64,000 nucleotides of DNA, taken from NCBI GenBank assembly GCA_951406725.2, contig OX597817.1:154008001-154072000 (forward strand), in the 5' to 3' direction. The notes beneath the pieces are model-generated. The model was not told where the DNA came from, ran no database searches, and was given only the letters and a program-made list of their open reading frames with translations. The stretch comes from Octopus vulgaris (lineage: Eukaryota). Of this stretch, positions 14,504-29,031 are shown piece by piece. How positions within the stretch are numbered: position 1 is the first letter of the stretch; each line of letters opens with the position of its first letter. The translations under genes were made by a program, and so were the position numbers.

Positions 14504-14917
14504 GGAGCAGCTGAGGAAGTGAATGTTTGCAAGTAGTCTAGGATATCGGTATATAGAGCAACGACAACGTCACTGATGTGGGACCATAGTCCATTGAGGG
14601 TTTCATTTGAGCATCGTATAGTGCTAATAGCTATTGGGGCCTGGTGTATATACTAGAATTTAGGTGTAAGAGCAGTGATCATGATAGACTTTTCTATTTT
14701 CTGGTGAGGCTTGTGATTTTTGGCGACCATGAAGTTTCGATTTTCGGGGTCTTCATCTTTAGCTCCGTGATAGTATAATCGTGCACTTTAAAGATACAGA
14801 TCAGTATGAATTTTATGTGTGGTGTGTTTACTCTGCATGCAGATGATGTTTGAGTGCAGAATGTTAAAAAAAAAAAGAAGAAATATTGAAATCAGAAGTT
14901 GGCGTTAATAAGGTGAC

Positions 14918-15300
14918 TGGAGGCGCAATGGCCCAGTGGTTAGGGCAGCGGACTCGCGGTCGTAGGATCGCGGTTTCGATTCCCAGACCGGGCGTTGTGA
15001 GTGTTTATTGAGCGAAAACACCTAAAAGCTCCACGAGGCTCCGGCAGGGGATGGTGGTGATCCCTGCTGTACTCTTTCACCACAACTTTCTCTCACTCTT
15101 ACTTCCTGTTTCTGTTGTACCTGTATTTCAAAGGGCCGGCCTTGTCACTCTCTGTGTCACGCTGAATATCCCCGAGAACTGCGTTAAGGGTACACGTGTC
15201 TGTGGAGTGCTCAGCCACTTACACGTTAATTTCACGAGCAGGCTATTCCGTTGATCGGATCAACCGGAACCCTCGTCGTCGTAACCGACGGAGTGCTTCC
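14918..15300 (+). mobile_element. SINE family A, full length
   Basis: ggaggcgcaatggcccagtgg...cgtaaccgacggagtgcttcc. Confidence 0.9.
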
Positions 15301-16132
15301 ATTAATAAGCATGTTCTGTTTGTATATAGTAGTTTTTATTTTTTACTAGCATACGACAGCCAGTTTCTATTAGGATGCTTTCATTGGAATTTAGAATCAA
15401 ATACGTAATCATGTGTCTTTATGTGGCCATCTCATTGCATGTAGATTTGTATGTTGTAGAGTTCCTAACTTTAAGGGTATAGTGAAACACCTAGTTGTGG
15501 AGGCTCGATCTTCCGAGTTATTTTACAGGATTTACAAAAATTTAAGGGCCGTTGCAATAAATGCGTGAATCTGAGAGGGGAATATGTTGAATAAATTCTC
15601 CAGTGATTTCTTTTACCCAAAACCAGGAACTTTATAGCATACTTCTTATCTTTATACATCTTGTATTGCATACCTCGTATCTTTATAAGCACATATGTTT
15701 ATACTAATAAATATCCAAAGATATAATTATCATAAGTTCAACTTCTTGAATATTTTACATATTTTCAGTTTCATTAATGGCTTGTAACAGTATTTTTGTA
15801 AATAACTGTGACACTTCTTGCTTTGTGAAGCCCAGCTTCTAAAGGCTGGTACTAAGACAATTAGTTTCATTGCCACGGCCCTCAATAATCACAGGTATAA
15901 ATCTCAGACCATAGCACAAATGGTGCATTTTTAGTTCTGTATTGATGTTTTATTAATTTTTTTATATTTCCAACACTATGGTAACGTATGCTGGGTAAAC
16001 TGGATAAGTAATTTCTAATCATTATATTTAGTCCGTTTTCCCAACATTTTGAAAAGGTTTTGAAAGCAATATCTCTCTTATATTCCATCATATTTTGGGT
16101 AAATACGTCTTCTATATTCCTGTATGTTGTTA

Positions 16133-16180
<48 letters not shown>

Positions 16181-16580
16181 GTTTGACTTTTGCTTTATAT
16201 TTGTACAAGTTGGCTCCAAGTCTCACCCAGAGACCTCAAGAGACAACAGGTTGGAAGTTCATGTTGTTGTTATGCCTAGTGTGCCATATATTTTGGGGGG
16301 GGGAGTTTTTGGTGTTGTACTAATGAATGTCTAAAAAAAAAAATTTTTTTTTTAAAACCGAAAATTATGTTTGTTTTAAACCTTGAGATTACATAGAAAG
16401 TATTTTGCGTAGGATATGAGCCGTTCCCATGAGCACTATCTTTTGAATTTCTGCCATTTTTGGGTTTTCTGGTATCTGAGTTAGGTAGCTATCAGCCCCT
16501 TTTGCTATCATTCCCAGGGCACCTATGACAACAGGTATTGTTTTAGTCTTCAGGTTCCACATTTTGCTGATTTCTATTTC
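16181..16580 (-). mobile_element. 5'-truncated Dong/R4-clade (RLE endonuclease) non-LTR retrotransposon in (TAA)n
   Basis: 16580-16389 (-) translates EIEISKMWNLKTKTIPVVIGALGMIAKGADSYLTQIPENPKMAEIQKIVLMGTAHILRKILSM*, a typical R4/Dong C-terminus; (TTA)n on both sides. Confidence 0.8.
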
Positions 16581-16763
16581 TTCTTCTTCTTATTATTATT
16601 ATTATTATTATTATTACTTTTTTTTTCTTTCAAATTTGCTTCCATTTCTTGCCGAGTGTCTTCCCGACTCCTAGGGCAAAGAAACTCATAGTATAACATT
16701 GGTAGGCCATTAAACCAAACTCAGTAGTTCGTTCATTTTTTTTTTTTTAAGTTATTATTATTA

Positions 16764-16852
<89 letters not shown>

Positions 16853-17227
16853 TTCATCTTCAGAACTATCCTTGCAATGGACTTTGTTGTATAAAGGCCA
16901 CGACGTCATTACCCATAAGTAGGTAGTATCGTAATGACGTCATATGTTTATGATTGAACTATATTGAGAGTGTGTGTGTGTGCGCGTGTGTGCATGTGCG
17001 CGTGTGTGTATGTGCGCGTGTGTGTGTGCTTATCGTAAGTCTACAGGTGTCCGACAAATAGCTATAATCGATTGACTCGAGTCTAGAACCTTTATGTGTG
17101 TACTTATTTTATTGATCGACCTTATAAAGATGAAAGGCGAAGTCATCTCGGAGGTGTTTGAATTCAGAACGTAAAGAGACGATATTAATCATTGCGAAAC
17201 CTTTAGCATTTAGTCCTGCGTGCTATC

Positions 17228-17284
<57 letters not shown>

Positions 17285-17368
17285 CGTGTATATATATATA
17301 TATATATACATACATATATATAGACAGAGAGATAGATACATACATACATACATACATACATACATACA

Positions 17369-17400
<32 letters not shown>

Positions 17401-17504
17401 CATATATATATATATGTATATAAATATATATGCATTATGCATATACATGTATAAATATGTTTATATACATACATATATATATGTATATGTATATATATAT
17501 ATAT

Positions 17505-17556
<52 letters not shown>

Positions 17557-17573
17557 CTATACTCACATATATG

Positions 17574-17638
<65 letters not shown>

Positions 17639-18166
17639 ATACACATGCATACATACACACAATCGCTCACATGTAAATAACAAGCTATATAACTGATTGT
17701 AAGCGTATGTGAATATATATATATTCATACGTACATATGCATATATATATATATATATATGTGTGTGTATGGATATGCATTATGAAATATAAGTTTTACG
17801 TTTTGTTTAATAGAAACATTCATATATAAATCTCGAGGTAAGAAGTAATCAAATTAGTTAAGCTACAAACTTTTAGCTCTCCATGGGCAGAAAAAGTGAT
17901 GTGGGGATATCAATAGGACGATTTTCAACTCCTGTTACACCTTTATTAGAAAAAAAACACCCTGATTCTCTTAACGGAGAGACCCAAACTTACAGCTATT
18001 TCTAATGCTCAGACATTCGAACACAGTTATATCGATGAAATTGATTTTGATTCAAGTGTATGCGCAAACAATGTGGGCTAATTAAGTCCTCCATAGAGCG
18101 AGCGCTACACAACATTTGATCTCAAAACGTTGTCTTGTCCGGAAAGGTTGTGTAGTGCACTATTAA

Positions 18167-18673
18167 GGCGGCGAGCTGGCAGAAACGTTAGCACGCCGGG
18201 CGAAATGCGTATTTCGTCTGCCGTTACGTTCTGAGTTCAAATTCCACCGAGGTCGACTTTGCCTTTCATCCTTTCGGGATCGAAATTAAGTACCAGTTAC
18301 GCACTGGAGTCGATGTAATCGACTTAATCCGTTTGTCTGTCCTTGTTTGTCCTCTCTGTGTTTAGCCCCTTGTGGGTAATAAAGAAATAAGTACCAGTTA
18401 CGCACTGGAGTCGATGTAATCGACTTCATCCGTTTGTCTGTCCTTGTTTGTCCTCTCTGTGTTTAGCCCCTTGTGGGTAATAAAGAAATAAGTATTTCGT
18501 CTGCCGTTACGTTCTGAGTTCAAATTCCACCGAGGTCGACTTTGCCTTTCATCCTTTCGGGGTCGATAGATTAAGTACCAGTTACGCACTGGAGTCGATG
18601 TAATCGACTTAATCCGTTTGTCTGTCCTTGTTTGTCCCCTCTGTGCTTAGCCCCATGTGGGTAGTAAAGAAAT
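18167..18673 (+). mobile_element. SINE family B multimer (three tail units)
   Basis: Flanked by a 15-bp direct repeat AGGTTGTGTAGTGCA (18145-18159 and 18674-18688). Confidence 0.85.
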
Positions 18674-19137
18674 AGGTTGTGTAGTGCAGTGTCTATCAAT
18701 GAATTTAATTCCATGCTGTTAACACAAGCATTGTTATACAAATTTGATTGACCTGTGTGAATATGCATATCGTAGAAATAGCTATATGCTATTAGTTTCT
18801 CCCGAGACGGATGATGAGTATCCTTTCTCTGAAGAAAGCCTAAGAAGACGAGATACTAATCAGATCCATATCTGATCTTCTACTCACGGAGAGATAACAC
18901 TCGTAAAACCGGTTTGTTTATTTTTTTCACAACACGGTTAAAATTTTAAATAACTTTAAAAATGTAAAAATGTTTATATGAAATTATGCAAATACACTTG
19001 CTCACAATGATTTAATACGCACACACGCACATGCATGCACTCACGCACGCGCACACATACACACTCTCACACACACACAATCAGATACATAGCTCGTTAT
19101 TAATATATGAGCGCTTGTCTGTATGTATGCATGTCTA

Positions 19138-19612
<475 letters not shown>

Positions 19613-19613
19613 C

Positions 19614-19654
<41 letters not shown>

Positions 19655-20059
19655 AATAAAATACAAAAGGGGACAAGAAAGCAAAACATCCGGGCAACTA
19701 GGTGATAGAAAAGGGGACAACAAAACATCCAGATAGACGATACAAAAAAACACGGACGGATCATTCGAAGCCTTTTATCTTCAGTCAAGAAGTCCGCCGA
19801 GGTCGACTTTGCCTGTCATCCTTTCGGGGTCGATAAATAAAGTACCAGTTTCACACTGGGGTCGATGTAATCGACTTAATCCCTTTGTCTGTCCTTGTTT
19901 GTCTCCTCTGTGTTTAGCCCCTTGTGGGCAATAAAGAAATATGTATGTATACACAGGTATATAGATATGTACAGGCATATATGTTCGTACATAGATACAT
20001 ACACATTTATATATTATACGCATCCTCACATAAATAGGCACGTACAAATTCGTGTGTGT

Positions 20060-20152
<93 letters not shown>

Positions 20153-20211
20153 TGTGTGTGTATGTGTGTACAACACTATAACACTCCAGAAAAAGTCTCA
20201 AAATTTCTGGA

Positions 20212-20550
20212 CGTAGGATCGCGGTTTCGATTCCCAGACCGGGCGTTGTGAGTGTTTATTGAGCGAAAACACCTAAAAGCTCCACGAGGCTCCGGCAGGG
20301 GATGGTGGTGATCCCTGCTGTACTCTTTCACCACAACTTTCTCTCACTCTTACTTCCTGTTTCTGTTGTACCTGTACTTCAAAGGGCCGGCCTTGTCACT
20401 CTCTGTGTCACGCTGAATATCCCCGAGAACTACTTTAAGGGTACACGTGTCTGTGGAGTGCTCAGCCACTTACACGTTAATTTCACGAGCAGGCTGTTCC
20501 GTTGATCGGATCAACCGGAACCCTCGTCGTCGTAACCGACGGAGTGCTTC
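20212..20550 (+). mobile_element. SINE family A, 5'-truncated
   Basis: Matches 14960-15300. Confidence 0.88.
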
Positions 20551-20728
20551 CATCCATGTATGTGTGTACGTACACGCATGCATATAATGAAACCTATGCA
20601 CTGATATCCAAAACACATGCGTAAAATTTACTCCTACAACTTCACTTTCTCGTCTTTTTCTCGTTACTCGGCAGCTCGCAGTTTGCTTTTTATATATTAT
20701 TTACTTTCGTTTCCTTAAACCTGTCAAC

Positions 20729-20805
<77 letters not shown>

Positions 20806-21583
20806 TCCTCCTCCTCATTCTCTTCCACTTCCGCTTTTCGCCATACTTCCTTTTCCCTATATTTCATTCTTTTCCATTTTATTTCTTTAAACCATTCGCT
20901 TCTCTTCTTTCCTTCTCAAGTGATGCCAATTTTTATCAGTAATTTTACGACCTTAAACCTCTTACTATAGATTTAAGCTTCAGAATCGTAGACATTATTT
21001 AAGTGTGATTTTTTTTTTTTTTTGATGTTAAATGTCAAGATTAATGATGTAATATCTACTTGTTCTTCTTTTGATATAATTATTCTGTTTTGCTCTTCTT
21101 TTTAAGTTTCTCACTATGGGTCATGTTTATGTTATTTTGTTGTTTTTTTACTCATCATGGATCTAATTACTTCTTTTATATAATTTTATTCTTAAATGGC
21201 ACTTGTAAATGTCACGTATAAGCGTACAAGCGAAACGAAGATTTCGGAGAACAGATTGTAAAAGGTTGTATAATGTCGAGAAAAGTGAGAAAGAGAGAGA
21301 GGGAGAGGGAGAAAGAGAGAGAAAGAGAGAGAGAGAGAGGGAGAGAGAGTGGGGAGGGAGGGAGTGAGAAAGAGAAAAGGTGATGCGTGTCTTTTATTTC
21401 TTATCTCTTATTTCTTTAAGTCATCCGGCCATGATGGGGCACTGCATTGAAGAATTTTAGTCGAACGAATCGACCCCCAAATCTTTTTGTTTTAAACCGA
21501 GTATATTTCATCTGTTGTTCTCTTCTATCGAGCGATTGTGAGGGACAAACACAATGACACACACAATATATATATATATATAA

Positions 21584-21618
<35 letters not shown>

Positions 21619-21621
21619 TAA

Positions 21622-21708
<87 letters not shown>

Positions 21709-21709
<1 letters not shown>

Positions 21710-24262
21710 CTTTTTATTGTGGCCACACAGGGCTAAACACAGAATAAAAATGGACGAAATACAATGTAGAGCTTTTTCTTTTCGAGGTGGGATAGGTGGG
21801 ACACAAAGAAAAAAAACGTTCGATCAATAGAGATCTGTGGGTTGCGTGGTGTATAAAAATATAATATATATAAATAAAGTTCACAGTTTAGGTGTAGCCC
21901 TGGAAAGAAAAACCTACAAAAAAGACCAAGGTCACCTCAGACAGTTCGAAAATGAACACATGAGTAAGTCACCTTACTTCTCGTTGTCTCTTTTGGTTAC
22001 AGATTTACGCTTAAAATAGTGTCGTCTTTCATACTAACCATTTTTGCCACTTTTACCCACTTTTTATTAAAACATTCGTTCGACAAAGCCTTCCTCTCTA
22101 TTCTCATCCTCCTTTTCAAGTGGTACTTGAAAAAGTTGACGAGAGACTGACCAGAGAGAAAGGTGTTTGTTTGCAGTCCTTTCAAACGCGTCCACCACAC
22201 ACATTCTTTCGCCATAGCCATCAGCGTAACGAAAACCGATTTCCCTTCCCGTTTAAAGGAAGGTGGTGGAACAATATTCACGATAGACTCGGCCGATAAG
22301 CGGGCCCGTCCTACACGCGACAACAGCTGTTCGACGAAGGTCCACAGCTCTGAAATATCTGGACACTGCACGAGTGCGTGCAGCACAGTTTCGTCGCTCT
22401 GACCGCATTTCGGGCAGGTCGGTCCGGTGATGGTTTTCGAACCGTGCCTGTAGCTCTTCTCTCGAATAGGTAGTGCGTCTCGATAGCATTGCCAAGCCAG
22501 GGATTTCTGGAAGTTATCCATAGGCCCCGGCCCGAACGTCGTCCTGAGCAGGCGGGTTAGGAATTTCTCGTCGACGCCCAGGTTTGCCCCGTGTGTCGTC
22601 GGACCTCCCCTCCACTAGTCCTCTATAGAACGCTTTAGTCGTTTGTAAGTTGCACAAGTTTGACCCCGGTCGGCAGAGCTGCTGTAGAGCTTGGCGACAC
22701 TCTCGGTGCCAATCGCCCAGCTTCGGTCTCTTCTTGATCCACGTTTGCAGTTCGGTCAGTGAGACGAGCTGCGGGAAGGCGCGCCTCACAAACGGCGCCC
22801 ACACCTGTTCACCGTCATCGATGAAGTTCCAGAGATGTCGCAGTCTCAGCGCATGCCTGCACATCATCAACCACGGCATGCCCAGTCCTCCGTTCAACGG
22901 ATATTGACAGCAAATGGACCTCCTCACCATTGGAACCCCACCCTTCCACAGGAAGCGGAAGAGTATGCGTTCCAGTTTGGTGATGGTGGCGTCGGGACAA
23001 GGCACGACGGTCAGGCGGTAATCGATGACGGATGTGATGTACGCGTTCGCCACCACCCCCCGACCTTTTAGAGACAGCTTTCTCTAGGCCCATGTTTGGC
23101 AGAGAGCGACCACTCTACTCTTGATCTCGTCCCAGTTCTTATCCATTTGGAGGTCCGGACTGAACCAGACCCCGAGCAATTTAACCGGTCCGTCCGTCCA
23201 GCGTCCCAATATTGAGCCGCAGTCGGACGGCATGGGCTTGCTTCTCCAGGTGCCGAGTAGCAAACCCACTGACTTTTCCGGGTTAATCTTCGCTCCCGTC
23301 ACCGTTTCGTATTTTCTTTAGTGTCTCGCCTATCATCTGGATGTGTTTTTCGCTCGACACTATGACGGTGACATCGTCCGCATATGCTGACACGCTTGTC
23401 CCGCAACCCAGTTCCCGTGGGATGCCCCTCAGTGTCGCTAGCTTCCGCAGTAGCGGCTCGAGAGTCAATACATACAGACACCCCTGATGGACCGAACGCG
23501 TGATGTCAAACGGTTTCGACAGGTGGCCGTTCACCCGAATCACCGATCGGATGCGCTATACAAGGCAGCGATCCAACCGCGGAAGACGGGACCGAAGCCA
23601 GCCGCCCTGAGGACGGCCGCCAAGTATCGAGGGTCGACCCTATCGAAGGCTTTAGACTGATCCAAATTGATCAGCGCCCCACCCATGCCAGGATCCTTAA
23701 CTACCCTCTCCACAATGTAGCGCATCAGATGGAGGTTATCATGTATAGTTCTGCCCGGCACGGCGCATGTTTGCGCCCTGTCGACCAGTTTACCAATGAC
23801 AAGCGCCAACCTCTCGGCTATTACTTTGGCCAAGATTTTCAAGTCTGCGTTGAGCAGAGTGATGGGCCTGAAATTATCTATAAAATTCCCCTTGTTTGGG
23901 TCTCTCTTCAGCAACGTCACTGCACCTCGGCTCACGAAACCGGGGATTCTCCCGTTTTGTTGCCAGTTGCAGTAGACTGATGCCAAGAGGTCGCTAACCA
24001 AGTCTGGCATTTGACAATACAGCTCGTAGGGTAAACCATCCAATCCAGGCGACTTATCCCTCGCGCAGCCCGCCATCGCATCCCGCACGTCAGCGGCCGT
24101 GATGGGACTTTCACAACACTCCGCTTCTCTTGCCGAGACCCGCGGCAGGTCGGTCAGGTAGGCACTGAAATCCATCCCGCGTTCCGACCCACCACTCGCA
24201 CCAAACAGTCGAGCAAAGTACTGTTGAAAGGCCTCACACATCCTTTCGGGTTCGAGTAAACT
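21709..24262 (-). mobile_element. 5'-truncated, disrupted Tx1/L1-clade LINE ORF2 (RT + zf-RVT) and 3' UTR in (GATA)n
   Basis: [55 protein letters not shown]; frameshifts, a stop near 23084 and a deletion in the QGCPLSP motif. Confidence 0.93.
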
Positions 24263-24263
24263 G

Positions 24264-24412
<149 letters not shown>

Positions 24413-24898
24413 TACATATAAATGAAAGAAGAAAAGAAAATGGAGATTAAGAAGTAAATACTTACATTTTTTTTACCGAAATGGCTTCTCCAATGTTTTT
24501 TTAAATTGAAAATATGGCCAAATCGGTCCGGGTAATTGTTTTAAGGCTTATAGCGTTCCAAACAGCCATAAAATCAAAATCACTTCTTAATTTTTTTTTA
24601 CAAAAATAATACCGGTATATTAAAAATGTTCATTTAATAAGTAACGTTTTTACATTACGTATATAGAATAAACTGGGTTTTCCAAAAAGCAAATAAAAAC
24701 TTGAAATGAAAACACTGAAATAGAGGGTGAGAGACTTTGCAAATGAAAACGGAAAACTCTGCAGTGAATGCAACAAACATTTAAATTTGTGAAAAATTGG
24801 AGTTCAAAAATTCAATAAAGTTCAGAAATCAAAATTATAAGAAGTTTCTTGGAACATGAATTTCTAAAATGTATCCAGACTTTCAAGCCTTTAATGAT

Positions 24899-25227
24899 TG
24901 CTTTCAGGCGTTTCCAAGATGGCCCAAACAATGTCGATATTGACGAACGTTCTGGGAGACCCGCAACCAGCAGGTATCGCCAAGCTTTTGGCAAAATTTG
25001 ATACACATTCTCTGTTCAGCTTTTTCTGTCATTGTTAATGCGACGATCACACGCTACACACCTCCCTTCGCAACAATGCGGTAAACAGCAGAAGTTAGCT
25101 AGAACATTAAAACGTAATGCGCATATACAGCAGAGTTCAAGGTCAATCTGTATCAAGCAGCTTCACTCTGCGTTCTTTAGCTTCGTTACTATGCAACAGT
25201 CCGGCTACTTATTGATCAGACCACATA
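24899..25227. mobile_element. Rearranged mariner transposon remnant
   Basis: + frame FRRFQDGPNNVDIDERSGRPATS (mariner D..RSGRP motif), followed by an inverted 5' end (EQRMCIKFC-like) and a TIR-like end tattgatcagaccacata. Confidence 0.65.
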
Positions 25228-25247
25228 TGTTTGTGTGTGTGTATATA

Positions 25248-25530
25248 TCTTTATATATAAAAGTGAAGTTGTGTGCTGTCTGTCTCCTACGATTTAGATT
25301 CCTAACTATTCCCACATTTTGCGGTGCAGTTTAACCAAATTCGGGTATCTTATAGTCGTGATTCATATCGAGCCCTTCTGGGTATTAGCGCGCGTCTACG
25401 ATGAGTCTATGATTTTAAAAATAATTTAACATCATTTTTTATTCCATTTTAATGCATTTTTTTGCTATTTTTTGGCTATAACTCTCTAAAAATGCTTACA
25501 AAACCGAGCAACGCCGGGCGATACTGCTAG
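25248..25530 (+). mobile_element. Non-autonomous Helitron
   Basis: A|TC 5' end, subterminal hairpin ccgagcaacgccggg, CTAG|T 3' end. Confidence 0.85.
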
Positions 25531-25541
25531 TATATATATAT

Positions 25542-25635
<94 letters not shown>

Positions 25636-26581
25636 GTGTGTGTGTGTGTGTGGTTAGTCAAGTGCACATCTTAATTTGTACAAAGATTAGACATATCTTT
25701 CCTCAAGTGCTACTTGAAATATTTAACGCTTTCAAATCTATAGCCATCGGCTATGATATAGAGCGGAGACGGAATTTATAAAAAAGAATTATTCCACACA
25801 AAACAGATATAAGAAATTCCTTATTACATTCTGGAACTGTGCCTAATTTCAAAGAGTTTTGCTTTTTTTCTTATCTTATCTGTCGGATGATTAATTTGCG
25901 CAGCTAAGTAGCCTTATATAGCAGGGACTATATCCTTTACTTGTTTCAGTCATTGGACTGCAGCCATGCTGGAACATTGCTTTCAAGCATTTAGTTGAAC
26001 AATCGGCCCTTGTTTTTACTTCTTAAGTTCCGTATTTTATTTATTGGTCGCTTTTAGCTGAACCGCAAAGTTAAGGGGAAGTAAACAAACCAACATAAGT
26101 CGTTAAGCGGTGAGGAGCAAATATAAGCATGATCACACACAACATATATATGTATGTGTATATATATGTGTGTATGTGTATACATATATGTGTGTGTGCA
26201 TATATATGAGTGGGAAGGCGATACACGATGATTTTCCATATAGTTTCCGTCTGCTAAATTTACTCACAAAACATTGGGAAGCTCTGGGATCTAGTAGAAA
26301 ACATGCCCAAAGTGACGCGCTGTGGGATTGAACCCGAAACTATATGATTGCAAAGCGAGCTTCTTAACCTTACAACCATGCCAGCAGCATACACACTACG
26401 GGCGAAAAGAAAGAATGCCTCAGTCGTTAAAGGGTATCGTCCCCAATCAACTTACTTTACAAGGCTAATTTAAGACCTCTATTAAGTTCCCTGAACCAAG
26501 AAGGTATATTGGAGGATATAGAAGTGTCATTTAAGAGCACATCTCAATTTGCACAAAACTAAGGTAAATCGATCCTATATA

Positions 26582-27101
26582 AGCTGTTCGTCGAAGGTCC
26601 ACATTTCTGAAATATCTGGACACTGCACGAGTGCGCGCAGAACAGTTTTGGCGCTCTGACCGCATTTCGGGCAGGTCGGTCCGGTGATGGTTTTCGAACC
26701 GTGCCTGTAGCTCTTCTCTCGAACAGGTAGTGCGTCTCGATAGCATTGCCAAGCCAGGGATTTCTGGAAGTTATCCATAGGCCCCGGCCCGAACGTCGTC
26801 CTGAACAGGCGGGTTAGGAATTTCTCGTCGACGCCCAGGTTTGCCCCGAGTGTGTCGTCGGACCTCCCCTCCACTAGTCCTCTATAGAACGCTTTAGTCG
26901 TTTGTAAGTTGCACAAGTTTGACCCTGGTCGGCAGAGCTGCTGTAGAGCTTGGCGACACTCTCGGTGCCAATCACCCAGTTTCGGTCTCTTTTTGATCCA
27001 AGTTTGCAGTTCGGTCAGTGAGACGAGCTGCGGGAAGGCGCGCCTCACAAACGGCGCCCACACCTGTTCACCGTCATCGATGAAGTTCCAGAGATGTCGC
27101 A
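26582..27101 (-). mobile_element. Internal fragment of the same Tx1 ORF2
   Basis: Nearly identical to 22325-22842. Confidence 0.9.
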
Positions 27102-27922
27102 TACAAACTACATACCTAATGTAGCCATCCTCTTTAAAAGACTGCGTGGTTTAGTGGTTACGGTGTTGGGTCTATGATCGTAAGACTGTGATTCCGATTC
27201 CTGTACCGGGCGACTCGTTTCATTCTTGAGTAAAACACTTCATTTCATATTGCTCCAGTCCACTCAGCTGGCAACAGTGAGTAATCCTGCGACGGGCCGG
27301 TGTTCCGTCCTGGTGGGGATTTTATACGCCATGAAACCGGGAAATCAGCCCTTACAAGTCGGCATCAATCGAGAAGGTAAATTTACTTCTACTTTACATG
27401 ATAGTGACGTATCATCTGATAGAGATTTGATTGTTATTTCTAGCAGCTGGAAAGGTAACGTAGAAACTCCATCGTTGGCTCCTGCAGTGCCTTGTTTTTG
27501 ACGCTTAACTGCAGGTCAGGCCTGATCTGCTGTGACCATCGCTTCTCTTTCCAGTGTGCGTGGTATGAGACACCATAGAATCCAAAGTGTTCTTTTTTAA
27601 AGACGGTATGTTGGAATTTGAGGGCGATTTAATTTTTATTTCTAGAAGTTGAATCACTCTCAGGGGTTTCTTCGTTAGATTATTCAGGGCTTCAGCCAGA
27701 AGCTGTGGCGTGATATAAATTTATTAATCTTCAGTATGGCTGATGAGTCTTTAACTATTTGGTTGTCCAAAGCATTTTCAGAAGTATGTCCGGAACTTCT
27801 ATGCTTCTTTTCAGACTTTTAGTTAATCTTTGTTCCATAAGTTTCGACTAGTTTAAAGCATTCCTTTCATAAGCCCCAGGTTATTCTGGTGGTTGAAAAA
27901 CAATGGATATGTGTATCATATA

Positions 27923-28515
27923 GGAGGGTGTACCGAAAAGTTCCTGGCTTTGAGTAAAAGAATATATAGGAGGGTCAGTTACTCTCTTACTCTTTTACTT
28001 GCTTCAGTCATTTGACTGCGGCCATGCTGGAGCAACGCCTTTAGTCGAGCAATTCGACCCCAGGACTTATTCTTTGTAAGCCTAGTACTTATTCTATCGG
28101 TCTATTTTGCCGAACCGCTATGTTACGGGGACGTAAACACACCAGCATCGGTTATCAAGCGATTTTGGGGGGACAAACACAGACACACAAACACACATAC
28201 ACATATATATATACATATACATATATACGACGGGCTTCTTTTCAGTTTCCGTCTACCAAATCCACTCACAAGGCTTTGGTCGGCCCGAGGCTATAGTAGA
28301 AGGCTATAGTACCACGCAGTGAGACTGAACCCGGAAGCATGTGGTTTGTAAACAAGCTACTTACCACACAGCCACTCCTGCGATTCTATTCAACATGTTA
28401 CCCTCCCAAATTCATTCACTTTTTACAGCAGTCCTTCAGTTTTTCTAAGTCTTGTAAAAGAACTCGGACGGCCTTTCGCGACCCTTAAATCCAGGAACTA
28501 TTCAGCACCCCTTCC
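27923..28515. mobile_element. Mariner-type MITE (TA TSD) interrupted by SINE C (27980-28382, -); related fragment at about 15520-15650
   Basis: Ends TA|ggagggtgtaccgaaaagttcctgg and ccaggaactattcagcaccccttcc|TA. Confidence 0.65.
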
Positions 28516-28972
28516 TATGAAGCATGGACGTCTGGGAAATATCTCCTCTGCTTTACATATCCTACACAGGACAGGAAAAGTTTTAAGCTGCTGCTGTTGT
28601 TCTTTCTCGCAGTTTCTTTCACATCACCAAATTGGCATTCGAAATCCAGTAGATGTATTCCTCACCAGCTTTATGATGTACTCCACATCTCCACAAATGG
28701 AGACTGAAGTAGCCAGATAGTTCAACCCTAACCCTAAGCGATCTATGTCTTATGTGGGAGGGCTACATGATACGCTGAACATATTAGGAATTAATGATAT
28801 CCACACTGTTGCAGGACAACCACTGTTCTGCACTACACGAACTTCAGCTTTTTTGTATATTTGCATTGCTATCTGTTAGTTGATAGAAACCAAGAAGCGT
28901 TTCACTGGGGTCCTTAACAAGGTCTATCGTTGGGAGAGTTTCTGATCCCTACATTTCTCTTTCTCCCTCTCT

Positions 28973-29031
<59 letters not shown>

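Noticed and set aside
13690-14830. Unique-looking, moderately GC-rich sequence with short open frames
   Set aside because: No recognisable protein motif or consistent splice signals; probably a decayed TE, unclassifiable without a search.
14918-14990. tRNA-like sequences with A and B boxes (also at 19277 and 36251)
   Set aside because: They continue into SINE bodies, several family members have TSDs, and there is no proper acceptor stem; not tRNA genes.
19735-19792. Minus-strand CTGAAGA...CGAATG in a (TA)n-flanked element
   Set aside because: No GAAA block and no convincing helices; it may be a PLE remnant but is not supportable as a hammerhead.
27735-27770. Isolated CTGATGA/CTGAAGA/CTGACGA heptamers (also near 2653, 18828, 33706, 47599, 59914)
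   Set aside because: No downstream helix II-GAAA-helix III-NUH arrangement; chance matches.
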